Below, piece by piece: positions 1 through 8,505 of a DNA stretch of 24,000 nt. Source of the DNA: an uncultured Flavobacteriaceae bacterium. GTDB taxonomy: Bacteria > Bacteroidota > Bacteroidia > Flavobacteriales > Flavobacteriaceae. Position 1 is the stretch's first letter, and every line of letters begins with the position of its first letter. The DNA is taken from positions 3,037,343-3,061,342 of the forward strand of contig CALSTV010000001.1 of the NCBI GenBank assembly GCA_943789365.1. The letters run 5' to 3'. The position numbers and the translations under genes are program-made. The notes under the pieces were generated by a model. That model saw only the letters and a program-made list of their open reading frames with translations, was not told the origin of the DNA and searched no databases.

Positions 1-855
1 ACCTGTAAATGGGGCATAGTAAGGGTAGGTGTTTTCCAAAGCGGTAATATCGTTGGAAGTAAACGGTCTGTCTGAATTGTTAGAACAAGCCAGCATCCAG
101 GAATTGGCCTCGGGACCGGTAGGGGTGTTGCTTACATGGTTTGCGCCAACACCGGCATCGCCTTCATTATCGTCGCTTTTACAACTAAATCCACTATTCA
201 TAAAGTCGGTGTGTCTAAATCCTATGGCATGTCCAATTTCATGGGCAATAGCAGTTACGGCATCTGCCCTTGTTGAGTAACTGTTGTAATAATAAGTGTT
301 TAAACCTATTGGAGAAGCGGGTATTCCGTTGCTGGGAAAACCGGCTGAATATCCTAATAGATACGATACTTCATAAAAACTTATTATAGAGATGTCTGCA
401 TCATTCTGGTTGTCGGTTCTTTCAAGACGCAATCCAATATCAACAGCATTGTAACGATTCAAGGCAGCATCGAACGAATTTTGCATATAGGTATCAAATA
501 CCGGATCCATAAAAATTTTGAGTGTTTGATTATTGGTAACCAGATTATTTGTAACATAATGCTTTACACCAGAAGTCTTGGCAGCTGGAGCATTAATATT
601 TGTGCTGTTCTGGTTGGTGAGTTCGTCTATTTGCGCTTCGGTTAAATAGAGGTCGTATTCTACTATATAGCCGTCTTCAAACTCGTAAAAACCTTCCGAA
701 GTATGGAAATTTAATCGTTCTAATTTTTCTTTTATTCGAACAATTTCTTGCTCCTTTTTAGTTTCCTCGTTATAGTGTTGCGAGTCGTCTTGACATGAGA
801 ACAAGGCGATAAGAGAAAACGTTACGGTGATTTGGGATAATTTCTTTGGAAACAT
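1..855 (-). CDS. Peptidase M57-like (HEIGH zinc metallopeptidase) lipoprotein; C-terminal end lies beyond the window edge
   Basis: Absent from the ORF track because there is no stop in the window. I translated it by hand: ATG at 855-853, open for 285 codons to base 1. The N-terminus MFPKKLSQITVTFSLIALFSCQDD is a lipoprotein signal with a lipobox Cys. The zinc motif AIAHEIGHAIGFRHTD (HEIGH encoded at 229-243) is typical of the dual-action HEIGH / M57 family. Confidence 0.78.
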   Translation of the reverse strand, partial: MFPKKLSQITVTFSLIALFSCQDDSQHYNEETKKEQEIVRIKEKLERLNFHTSEGFYEFEDGYIVEYDLYLTEAQIDELTNQNSTNINAPAAKTSGVKHYVTNNLVTNNQTLKIFMDPVFDTYMQNSFDAALNRYNAVDIGLRLERTDNQNDADISIISFYEVSYLLGYSAGFPSNGIPASPIGLNTYYYNSYSTRADAVTAIAHEIGHAIGFRHTDFMNSGFSCKSDDNEGDAGVGANHVSNTPTGPEANSWMLACSNNSDRPFTSNDITALENTYPYYAPFTG

Positions 856-1057
856 AATAAACAATTTTTAAAAATTAACTAATGTTTTCAAAGAAAGCGA
901 TAGAAAAGCTATCAAACAACAATTTTACACAAAATAAAGTTGTATGTACCAATGCGTTAGGAGGTTGTTCTAACAAAATTCAGCTTTGATGTGCTTTTAA
1001 CTAGGAAGGATGTATGTTCCTTATTTTGTGTGATACGATAAAATGTCTAGAATTTGG

Positions 1058-2890
1058 CTATCCCTCCAACTGTTGTAAATTCACTAAGTTACTGTAGGTT
1101 CCATTCATAGCAAGTAATTCTTCATGGGAACCTTGTTCTACAATCAATCCTTTTTTCATTACGACGATAAGATCTGCATTTTGAATAGTAGACAATCGGT
1201 GTGCAATGACCAATGAAGTTTTGTCTTTCATCATGTTTTCAATGGCATCTTGAACCAATTTTTCCGATTCCGTATCCAAAGCAGAAGTTGCTTCGTCTAA
1301 TATCATAATAGGCGGATTTTTCATAACGGCTCTGGCAATGGCAATACGTTGTTTTTGTCCTCCAGACAACATACCGCCACCGTCTCCAACTGGACTTTCA
1401 TATTGTTTTGGCTGGTCCATTATGAATTCATGCGCATTAGCAACTTTGGCTGCGGCTACAATTTTGTCATGACTAGGGGAGTCAATTCCTAACGAAATAT
1501 TATTTGAAATACTATCGTTAAATAAAATGGAGTCTTGCGTAACAATACCCATTTGTTTTCTTAAAGAATGTGTCGTCAAATCTTTGATATTGATTCCATC
1601 GATACATATTTCTCCTTCATTCACATCCCAAAAACGAGTGATAAGATTTGCTAATGTAGATTTACCACTACCAGACTGCCCCACCAAAGCTATTTTCTTT
1701 CCTTTTGGAATGGTCAAAGAAAAGTTTTTCAGTACGTACTCATCGTCGTATTTAAAAGAAATATTTTTAAAACAAATTTCGTTTTCAAAAGTTTTGAGTT
1801 CAATGGAAGTCTCTGTGTCTTCCAATGGGTTTTTTGTGTCTAAAATTTCAATAACCCTTTCTGCCGCAGCATTTCCAATTTTAACAGCATTACTGGCCTT
1901 GGCAATCGCTTTGGCGGGTGTTAAAATATTATAGGCAAGTCCCATAAAGGCAATAAAAGTACCTGCTTTTAAACTTTCATCAATAAGCACCATTCTTCCA
2001 CCAAACCACAACAATAAAGCGATGGTGGCAATCCCTAAAAATTCGCTCGTAGGAGAAGCCAACGCATTTCTTTGTGCAAGACGGTTGCTAAGGTTTTTTA
2101 CTTTTGAGTTAAATGCTCCGTATTTGCTTCCAAAAAAACCTTCGGCGTTAAAGCCTTTCACAACTTTTAAACCGGTAATGGTCTCTTCAATAATACTTAA
2201 CATCACCCCGCTTTGTTTAAACAGGACAGCCGATTGACTTTTTATTTTCTTGCTAATCAGAGAAATTATCCAACCTGATAAGGGAATAAATGTAAAGACA
2301 AATAACGATAGTTCAATACTTAGGTTGACCATAAAAATCAACGTAAAAATAATATTCAAGGGTTCTCTAATGATTACAATAGATAAGTTGAGAAAAGTTT
2401 CATTTATAGTACCAACATCTCCAGTGGCTCGCGAAATGATATCGCCTTTTCTCTTCGCAGAGAAGAAAGAAACAGGAAGACTAATTATTTTTTGATAAAT
2501 CTCGTTACGCAAATCTTTAAGTACCGAATTCTTTAAGAACACCATAAAAAGCCCCGCAAAATATGCAAATAGGTTTTTCATAAAGAAAACAACAACAACA
2601 CTTATAACCATATAGGTTAAAGTGCTCTCAGGACCAAAATTTTCTGTATTGACAGTAATTAAATAATTAAGATAATTTTCTAGGTATTCCTTGTCAATTT
2701 CTGTGTAACTTGAGAAGAGAGGTTTTGTATGAATTTTTTCACTATCCCCAAATAATACATTTAACATAGGTATCAGTGTTAAAAATGACAAAGCTGAAAA
2801 CAGGGCGTACATCACATTTAAAAAGATACTGATAATACCCATCCATTTATAAGGTAAGGCGTAGGAAAGAAACCGTTTAAAATATTTCAT
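1058..2890 (-). CDS. ABC transporter permease/ATP-binding protein, MsbA-like type I exporter
   Basis: 610 aa. N-terminal six-helix transmembrane domain followed by an NBD with Walker A GQSGSGKST, ABC signature LSGGQKQR and Walker B IMILDEATSALD. No N-terminal C39 peptidase domain. Confidence 0.9.
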   Translation of the reverse strand: MKYFKRFLSYALPYKWMGIISIFLNVMYALFSALSFLTLIPMLNVLFGDSEKIHTKPLFSSYTEIDKEYLENYLNYLITVNTENFGPESTLTYMVISVVVVFFMKNLFAYFAGLFMVFLKNSVLKDLRNEIYQKIISLPVSFFSAKRKGDIISRATGDVGTINETFLNLSIVIIREPLNIIFTLIFMVNLSIELSLFVFTFIPLSGWIISLISKKIKSQSAVLFKQSGVMLSIIEETITGLKVVKGFNAEGFFGSKYGAFNSKVKNLSNRLAQRNALASPTSEFLGIATIALLLWFGGRMVLIDESLKAGTFIAFMGLAYNILTPAKAIAKASNAVKIGNAAAERVIEILDTKNPLEDTETSIELKTFENEICFKNISFKYDDEYVLKNFSLTIPKGKKIALVGQSGSGKSTLANLITRFWDVNEGEICIDGINIKDLTTHSLRKQMGIVTQDSILFNDSISNNISLGIDSPSHDKIVAAAKVANAHEFIMDQPKQYESPVGDGGGMLSGGQKQRIAIARAVMKNPPIMILDEATSALDTESEKLVQDAIENMMKDKTSLVIAHRLSTIQNADLIVVMKKGLIVEQGSHEELLAMNGTYSNLVNLQQLEG

Positions 2891-2951
2891 TATTGTTTTG
2901 TTTCGAATGGATAGTTCTATGGGTTTGAAGTCGTGCTTTATACTATCTGGG

Positions 2952-2959
2952 CAAATATA
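2952..2959 (-). promoter_or_regulatory. Candidate Bacteroidota -7 promoter box TATATTTG (TAnnTTTG) for the ABC exporter
   Basis: Plus strand reads caaatata, so the minus strand reads TATATTTG, 62 nt upstream of the ATG at 2890. Motif match only. Confidence 0.35.
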
Positions 2960-3025
2960 CGGTTTTTACCGCTGCTTGGTGTTTTTAGTGTATGTCACTT
3001 TTTGATAGTATGTACCAATAAAATA

Positions 3026-3050
3026 GCGCATTTCAGAATAAGAAATGCGC
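3026..3050 (-). terminator. Rho-independent terminator after the phosphohexomutase gene
   Basis: On the minus strand there is a perfect 9-bp stem, GCGCAUUUC-UUAUUCU-GAAAUGCGC, starting 10 nt after the stop and followed by UAUUUUAUU. Confidence 0.65.
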
Positions 3051-3060
3051 CATGAATCTA

Positions 3061-4776
3061 TTAAAGATGTAAACCAGAAATGATACGTTGTATTTTAGCA
3101 TCTAGCTCTTTTTCTGTTGCTTCTGAATTTTCAACAGTGTCCAAAGCCGTATTCACACTAAAGTAAAACTTAATTTTAGGTTCCGTTCCACTCGGTCTGG
3201 CGGCAACACGTGTTCCATTTTCAGTATAGAAAATCAATACGTTTGATTTTGGAAGATCGATCGTAGATTGCGAACCGTCGAGTAGATTTTTGCAAACAGA
3301 AGTGTCGTAGTCATAAGCAAAAGTCACCTTTTCTCCGTCAATTTCTTTTGGAGGGTTTTCTCTTAGGTCTACCATCATTTGTTGGATCTGTGCAGCACCG
3401 TCCATTCCTTTTTTGGTGATAGAAATTAAATGCTCTTTGTAGAAGTTATGTTTTGTGTATAATTCTAATAATTCTTTGTAGAAAGAAGTTCCGTTGGCTT
3501 TGGCATAGGTTGCAATTTCACAAGCCAATAGGGCAGAGGTAATGGCATCTTTGTCTCTAACGAAATCACCTACCATATAACCAAAACTCTCTTCGCCACC
3601 GCCAATGAAATCTAAATTGTCAAAATCTTTGATCATTTTAGCAATCCATTTAAAACCAGTCAGACAAACTTTACAAGCTACATCGTAACTTTCGGCTAAT
3701 TTACCAACCATATCTGTAGAAACGATGGTAGTTCCTACAAACTGTTTTCCGTTGAGTTTTCCTTCCTTTTTCCATTTTTTAATTAAGAAATCGGTCATCA
3801 CCACCATGGTCTGATTTCCATTTAACAACTTCATGTTACCTTCTAGGTCACGCACGGCAATTCCCAATCGGTCACTGTCAGGGTCGGTTCCAATAACAAT
3901 ATCGGCATTTACTTTATTGGCCAATTCGGTAGCCATTGCCAAGGCAGCTGGTTCTTCCGGGTTTGGAGAAGCTACCGTAGGAAAATCTCCGTTTGGTTCT
4001 CTTTGCTCTTCAACAATATGTACATTTTTATAGCCTGCTTTTTCAAAAGTTTCTGGCATGGCTGTGATAGAAGTTCCGTGAAGCGAGGTAAACACAATGG
4101 TCAATTCGTCTCTATTACTCAATTCCAATTGACCATTCGCAACACAGGCATCTGTAAAGGCGTTGTCTACTTCTTCACCAATATATTCCAATAAACCTGG
4201 GTTTTCATCGAATTTTACTTCAGAAAAATCCAATGCGTTTACTTCTGCAATGATGGCCCCGTCATGAGGTGGAACAATTTGCCCTCCATCATTCCAATAC
4301 ACTTTGTATCCGTTGTATTCCGGCGGGTTATGAGAAGCGGTTAAAACAATACCGGCATCACAATTCAAATGATTCACTGCAAACGATAGCGCAGGGGTGG
4401 TACGTAAACCTTCAAATAAAAACACTTTAATTCCGTTAGCAGTTAACACATCGGCAACCACTTTCGCCAAGGTGTCACTGTTGTGTCTACAATCGTAAGC
4501 AATGGCAACACTACATTGTTTGTTTGGAAATTGTTTTAGTAAATAATTCCCTAAACCTTGTGTCGCTTTTCCTAAGGTGTATTTGTTAATTCTATTAATA
4601 CCTGCGCCCATCAATCCACGCATACCTCCAGTTCCAAATTCAAGATTTTTGTAGAAACTGTCATTTAAAACGTCAATATTGTTGTCTAAAAGTTCTTGTA
4701 CTTCTTTTTGGGTGGTTTCATCAAAAACTGGACTTAACCATTTTTTTGCGTTTTCTTGTATGTTCTGTGAATTCAT
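3061..4776 (-). CDS. Phosphoglucomutase/phosphomannomutase family protein (alpha-D-phosphohexomutase)
   Basis: 571 aa. Active-site phosphoserine loop TASHNPPEYNGYK, metal loop GTDPDSDR and sugar-binding GGEESFG, matching the PgcA-like long form. Confidence 0.9.
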   Translation of the reverse strand: MNSQNIQENAKKWLSPVFDETTQKEVQELLDNNIDVLNDSFYKNLEFGTGGMRGLMGAGINRINKYTLGKATQGLGNYLLKQFPNKQCSVAIAYDCRHNSDTLAKVVADVLTANGIKVFLFEGLRTTPALSFAVNHLNCDAGIVLTASHNPPEYNGYKVYWNDGGQIVPPHDGAIIAEVNALDFSEVKFDENPGLLEYIGEEVDNAFTDACVANGQLELSNRDELTIVFTSLHGTSITAMPETFEKAGYKNVHIVEEQREPNGDFPTVASPNPEEPAALAMATELANKVNADIVIGTDPDSDRLGIAVRDLEGNMKLLNGNQTMVVMTDFLIKKWKKEGKLNGKQFVGTTIVSTDMVGKLAESYDVACKVCLTGFKWIAKMIKDFDNLDFIGGGEESFGYMVGDFVRDKDAITSALLACEIATYAKANGTSFYKELLELYTKHNFYKEHLISITKKGMDGAAQIQQMMVDLRENPPKEIDGEKVTFAYDYDTSVCKNLLDGSQSTIDLPKSNVLIFYTENGTRVAARPSGTEPKIKFYFSVNTALDTVENSEATEKELDAKIQRIISGLHL

Positions 4777-4796
4777 GTTCGTGATTTAATTTTTTT

Positions 4797-4804
4797 CAAA
4801 AATA
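4797..4804 (-). promoter_or_regulatory. Candidate -7 promoter box TATTTTTG for the phosphohexomutase gene
   Basis: Plus strand reads caaaaata, so the minus strand reads TATTTTTG, 21 nt upstream of the ATG at 4776. Confidence 0.4.
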
Positions 4805-4859
4805 AACTATTTGTAGCATTTTTTTACGAATACGTCTTGCGTTTTACTAAAACGGTTTC

Positions 4860-5813
4860 TTAAATTTCTTGTGAAATTTGGTAATTAGGAAGGTTCTTTT
4901 TAGTTCTTAAAATTAATTCTCCAATAAACCCAGCTAAAAAGAGCTGTGTTCCTAAAATCATTGTCGTTAATGCAATGTAAAACATAGGGGAGTCAGTTAC
5001 TAAAGGTGCTGGTCTGTGGTAAACAAAAACGTTTAGGATTTTGGTAAGACCAATGCTGAAGGCTGCCATAAAACCAAAGACAAACATAAAAGTACCCAAC
5101 AATCCAAATAGATGCATTGGTCGTTTTCCAAACTTACTCACAAACCAAATAGTCAGTAAATCTAAAAATCCGTTGATAAAGCGTTCCATTCCAAACTTGG
5201 TTTCTCCGTATTTTCTAGCCTGATGTTTGACAACTTGCTCTCCTATGTTTTCAAAACCTGCATTTTTTGCAAGTACTGGGATATAACGGTGCATTTCTCC
5301 TTGTACATCAATTGTTTTAATAACCTTATTGCTATATGCCTTTAAACCACAATTGAAATCATTCAATTGAATGCCTGATGTTTTTCTCGCTGCCCAATTA
5401 AAAAGCTTGGAGGGGATGTTTTTTCTGATTTTTGAATCATAACGCACCTTTTTCCAGCCACTTACCAAATCGAGTTGATCGACCGCAATGCGATTGTACA
5501 AAGCAGGAATTTCATCTGGAGCATCCTGTAAATCTGCGTCCATGGTAATGATTACATCTCCAACCACTTTTTTAAAGCCGGCGTTTAAGGCTTGAGATTT
5601 TCCGTAGTTTCTTGAAAATCGTAAAGCTTTTACATTAGCGTTTTTCGAAACAATTGCTTCGATAACTTCCCATGAATTATCTGTACTACCGTCGTCTATA
5701 AATAAAATTTCATACGAATAGGAATGTTCTTGCATCACGCTTACAATCCAATCATGTAACTCGTTTAAAGACTCCGCTTCATTTAGTAAAGGGATAACGA
5801 TAGAAATTTGCAT
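4860..5813 (-). CDS. Family 2 glycosyltransferase, polyprenol-phosphate sugar transferase type (GtrB/ArnC/DPM1-like)
   Basis: 317 aa. N-terminal GT-A fold (IVIPLLNE, FIDDGSTD, MDADLQD = DxD) plus two C-terminal TM helices, as in bactoprenol-phosphate glycosyltransferases. Confidence 0.85.
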   Translation of the reverse strand: MQISIVIPLLNEAESLNELHDWIVSVMQEHSYSYEILFIDDGSTDNSWEVIEAIVSKNANVKALRFSRNYGKSQALNAGFKKVVGDVIITMDADLQDAPDEIPALYNRIAVDQLDLVSGWKKVRYDSKIRKNIPSKLFNWAARKTSGIQLNDFNCGLKAYSNKVIKTIDVQGEMHRYIPVLAKNAGFENIGEQVVKHQARKYGETKFGMERFINGFLDLLTIWFVSKFGKRPMHLFGLLGTFMFVFGFMAAFSIGLTKILNVFVYHRPAPLVTDSPMFYIALTTMILGTQLFLAGFIGELILRTKKNLPNYQISQEI

Positions 5814-5814
5814 A

Positions 5815-6339
5815 TTATTCCTGATTTTTGTTTTCGTTTATTTTGATAAAAATAACTGTGGTAATCGCAGAAATTACAAAACCTAAAAATGCCGAAAACA
5901 CAATCCCAATGGCGGGAGTAATTAAAGAATTTGCGCCTTCTTTTAGTTTTTCGATTCGTTTGTCTATTTGTTCAGCTGTGAGTTCTCCAGAAGCTTCCAT
6001 AGCTTGCCTTTGAACTTCTGCCATTTGGTTCATAAAGTCGGGTTCAATATAATTGCTGAATATATAATTGTAAAGCGATATCATGACCGCACTCAAAACG
6101 GTGATTCCAATACCTATTTTGATACCTTCACCAAAACTCAATGTATTGTGTTTTGAATAGGAGCGAATTCCCAGTACAGTAAAAACGATAATAAACAAAA
6201 CGCTTACTAATCCTACGCCTTGGTTTTGAGCTAGGTGCAGGTCTTGAATATAAAGTACAACACTCATAGAAATGGAAAGCAATCCTAATAAAAAACCATA
6301 GTTTACGATTGTACTTTTACTCGCTGTTTTTGCGCTCAT
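5815..6339 (-). CDS. Small four-TM membrane protein, DUF4199-like
   Basis: 174 aa with hydrophobic helices flanking an amphipathic central region (EPDFMNQMAEVQRQAMEASGELTAEQIDKRIEKLKE). The stop lies 1 nt before the GT2 start. The family assignment is from memory of the Flavobacteriia GT2/DUF4199 pairing. Confidence 0.6.
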   Translation of the reverse strand: MSAKTASKSTIVNYGFLLGLLSISMSVVLYIQDLHLAQNQGVGLVSVLFIIVFTVLGIRSYSKHNTLSFGEGIKIGIGITVLSAVMISLYNYIFSNYIEPDFMNQMAEVQRQAMEASGELTAEQIDKRIEKLKEGANSLITPAIGIVFSAFLGFVISAITTVIFIKINENKNQE

Positions 6340-6358
6340 AATTTTAATTTTATATGGA

Positions 6359-6366
6359 CAAATATA
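6359..6366 (-). promoter_or_regulatory. Candidate -7 promoter box TATATTTG for the DUF4199-GT2 unit
   Basis: Plus strand reads caaatata, so the minus strand reads TATATTTG, 20 nt upstream of the ATG at 6339. Confidence 0.4.
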
Positions 6367-6470
6367 CTTATTTCTAAGAAAGCACTATTTGTTTTTCTGC
6401 ATTTCTTTAATGAGGTACAAAGGATTTTAGCGAATTTATATTGGGCTTTGATGTTTGTATAGGAATCGTG

Positions 6471-6478
6471 TATCTTTG
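6471..6478 (+). promoter_or_regulatory. Candidate -7 promoter box TATCTTTG for gldC
   Basis: TATCTTTG lies 24 nt upstream of the ATG at 6502, with TTG triplets about 20 nt further upstream (6448-6456) as a possible -33 element. Confidence 0.4.
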
Positions 6479-6501
6479 CTGCTCAATAAAAAGATATAAT
6501 T

Positions 6502-6837
6502 ATGGCAGTAGTGCATAGCTCAAAAATAGAATTTGAAGTAGGATTGGATGAAAACAAGGTTCCTGAAAAAATTAAATGGAATGCTCAAGACGGTGGTGTG
6601 ACCTCTGAAGAGACCAAGGCATTTATGCTCTCTGTGTGGGATGCAAAGAAGAAAGATACGCTTCGCATTGACCTGTGGACGAAAGACATGCCTGTAGATG
6701 AGATGAAACAATTCTTTCATCAAACTTTGGTTTCGATGAGTCAAACGTTTCAAAGAGCTACCAACGACGAGAAAATGGCAGCTACCATGATTGATTTTTG
6801 TGATTATTTTGCAGAGAAATTAGAGTTGAAGAAATAG
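6502..6837 (+). CDS. gldC: Gliding motility-associated protein GldC
   Basis: 111 aa soluble protein. The length and the blocks IKWNAQDGG, MLSVWD, LRIDLWTKDMPVDEMKQFFHQTL and DFCDYFAEKLELKK match my recollection of Flavobacterium GldC. Confidence 0.75.
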   Translation: MAVVHSSKIEFEVGLDENKVPEKIKWNAQDGGVTSEETKAFMLSVWDAKKKDTLRIDLWTKDMPVDEMKQFFHQTLVSMSQTFQRATNDEKMAATMIDFCDYFAEKLELKK

Positions 6838-6851
6838 TAATTAGGATACAT

Positions 6852-6889
6852 AAAAAAACACCGTCTTTGTATAGGACGGTGTTTTTTTA
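6852..6889. terminator. Bidirectional rho-independent terminator between the convergent gldC and rlmD genes
   Basis: AAAAAAA-ACACCGTC-tttgtatag-GACGGTGT-TTTTTTT. The 8-bp stem spans 6858-6865 and 6875-6882, with an A-tract on one side and a T-tract on the other. Confidence 0.75.
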
Positions 6890-6905
6890 TAGCTTATGTT
6901 TTTGT

Positions 6906-8315
6906 TTATTTAAGTTCTAGCAATACGACATTTTCAACATGATGGGTTTGAGGAAACATGTCAACCGCTCTTGTGTTTACGACACGGTACTGTTCTTTCA
7001 TCAGTGCCAAATCCCTAGCTTGCGTAGCTGAATTACAACTCACATATACGACTCTTTTAGGAGCAATATTTAATATTTGAGCAACCACTTTCTTGTGCAT
7101 ACCATCTCTAGGAGGGTCGGTAATAATTACATCTGGCTTACCGTGCTGTGCAATGAAGGTTTCAGTAAAGACCTCTTTCATGTCGCCCACGTAAAATTCC
7201 ACATTGTCAATTTTATTGTGCGTTGCATTTCCTTTGGCATCTTCTATCGCTTCAGGAACAGATTCTACACCAATCACTTTTTTAGCTTTTTTTGCTACGA
7301 ATTGAGCAATGGTTCCTGTACCAGTATAAAGATCGTACACCAACTCTTCTCCTGTCAGTCCAGCCAAATCTCGTGTAACTTTGTACAGTTCGTAGGCCTG
7401 TTTTGAGTTCGTTTGGTAAAAGGATTTTGCATTTATCTTAAATCGCAAACCTTCCATTTCTTCAAAAATATGGTCGCGTCCATTAAACAATACAATATCT
7501 TGATCATAAATAGAGTCGTTTCCTTTACTGTTTATGATGTATTGTAATGAGGTAATCTGTGGGAATTTTTCTAAAATATAATTGAGCAGCAATTCACGTT
7601 TTTCTTTATGTTCTTTAAAAAACTGAATGACCAACATGATTTCTCCAGTAGATACAATTCGTAACATCATAGTGCGTAACAAACCGTCTTGCTCACGTGG
7701 ATTGTAAAATTCAATATTGTTTTCAATAGCAAATGCTTTAACGCTATTTCTTATTTCATTTGAAGGGTCTTCTTGAAGATAGCATTTTTCAACGTCTAGT
7801 ATTTTATCCCACATTCCTGAAATGTGAAAACCCAAAGCGTTTTTGTTGTCAATTTCTTCAGTAGAATTGATTTCTTCATAGGTGAGCCAACGATTGCTGG
7901 AAAAAGAAAATTCCATTTTATTTCTATAGAAATAAGCTTCTTCACAACCTAAAATAGGACTTATGTTTTCAAGTTCTAGATGACCAATACGCTGTAAGTT
8001 TTGTACAACTTCTTTTTCTTTAAAGTGCAATTGGTCTTCATATTTCATATGTTGCCATTTGCAACCACCACAATGTTCAAAATGGGTACATTTTGGCGTG
8101 GCTCTTCTGTCTGAATATTTGTGGAATTTGATGGCACTTCCTTCAAAATAGGCTTTTCTTTTTCTACCCGTTTGGATATCAACAACATCACCAGGTATGG
8201 CATTTGTTAGAAAAATAACCCTGCCATCTGGAGCTTTTGCAACTGACTTTCCTCTGGCTCCTGCATCGATTACTTCTACGTTTTCAAAAATGTAATTTTT
8301 CTTTTTTCTTCCCAT
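6906..8315 (-). CDS. rlmD: 23S rRNA (uracil-C5)-methyltransferase, RlmD/RumA family
   Basis: 469 aa. N-terminal TRAM domain, Fe-S cysteine cluster CTHFEHCGGCKWQH, SAM-binding DLYTGTGT and catalytic region TDPPRDG...YVSCN. Confidence 0.85.
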   Translation of the reverse strand: MGRKKKNYIFENVEVIDAGARGKSVAKAPDGRVIFLTNAIPGDVVDIQTGRKRKAYFEGSAIKFHKYSDRRATPKCTHFEHCGGCKWQHMKYEDQLHFKEKEVVQNLQRIGHLELENISPILGCEEAYFYRNKMEFSFSSNRWLTYEEINSTEEIDNKNALGFHISGMWDKILDVEKCYLQEDPSNEIRNSVKAFAIENNIEFYNPREQDGLLRTMMLRIVSTGEIMLVIQFFKEHKEKRELLLNYILEKFPQITSLQYIINSKGNDSIYDQDIVLFNGRDHIFEEMEGLRFKINAKSFYQTNSKQAYELYKVTRDLAGLTGEELVYDLYTGTGTIAQFVAKKAKKVIGVESVPEAIEDAKGNATHNKIDNVEFYVGDMKEVFTETFIAQHGKPDVIITDPPRDGMHKKVVAQILNIAPKRVVYVSCNSATQARDLALMKEQYRVVNTRAVDMFPQTHHVENVVLLELK

Positions 8316-8319
8316 GCCG

Positions 8320-8327
8320 CAAAGATA
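8320..8327 (-). promoter_or_regulatory. Candidate -7 box TATCTTTG only 5 nt upstream of the rlmD ATG
   Basis: Plus strand reads caaagata, so the minus strand reads TATCTTTG. At this position the mRNA would be leaderless or nearly so. Motif match only. Confidence 0.25.
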
Positions 8328-8336
8328 GTGATAAGT

Positions 8337-8375
8337 GGGGAAGTAGAGAAGTTGGAAAGTGAAGAATTAAGAACC
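8337..8375 (+). repeat. Purine-rich short-repeat patch (GAAGT / GAATTAAG units)
   Basis: ggggaagtagagaagttggaaagtgaagaattaagaacc, in the thiH-rlmD spacer. It resembles the GAAGTTAAGGA and TTAAGGAG units at 10421-10447 and 11163-11180. Confidence 0.4.
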
Positions 8376-8505
8376 TTACCATGATAACAATCTACAAAAA
8401 GTATAAGGTGTCTTCGATATACGATTGTTGGTCAGTAAGTTGATGCTGTAGTTACTAGCAAGGTTCACTTTCTATAAGTTAGGATTCCAAAGGATTCAAT
8501 TAATT

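Noticed and set aside
29-280. Track ORF of 83 aa on the plus strand.
   Set aside because: It lies antisense within the well-supported M57 peptidase frame, which is open for 285 codons and carries the HEIGH motif. It has no recognisable features.
882-989. 35-codon plus-strand ORF, MFSKKAIEKLSNNNFTQNKVVCTNALGGCSNKIQL, in the spacer next to the ABC exporter. It superficially resembles a Bacteroidota GG-leader peptide precursor (leader-like KKAIEKLSNNNF, a GG pair, Cys residues).
   Set aside because: Only 7 residues follow the GG. The adjacent ABC exporter has no C39 peptidase domain and is convergent rather than co-oriented. No modifying enzyme is nearby. ORFs of this length are expected by chance in AT-rich spacers.
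1527-2495. Plus-strand track ORFs (135, 71 and 81 aa) inside the ABC exporter gene.
   Set aside because: They are antisense shadows of a strongly supported CDS, with low-complexity, Cys/Phe/Ile-rich sequences typical of reverse-frame artefacts.
942-3019. Exact 12-mer GTATGTACCAAT on both sides of the ABC exporter gene (942-953 and 3008-3019), which could mark target-site duplication or a cassette boundary.
   Set aside because: The match does not extend beyond 12 nt, and several chance 12-mer matches are expected in a 24-kb AT-rich window. Nothing else suggests mobility of this gene.
4840-4854. AU-rich 6-bp hairpin CGTTTT-act-AAAACG just after the GT2 stop, a possible terminator.
   Set aside because: The stem is weak and no U-run follows it on the minus strand. 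The downstream pgm gene has its own candidate promoter, but termination here is not supported.
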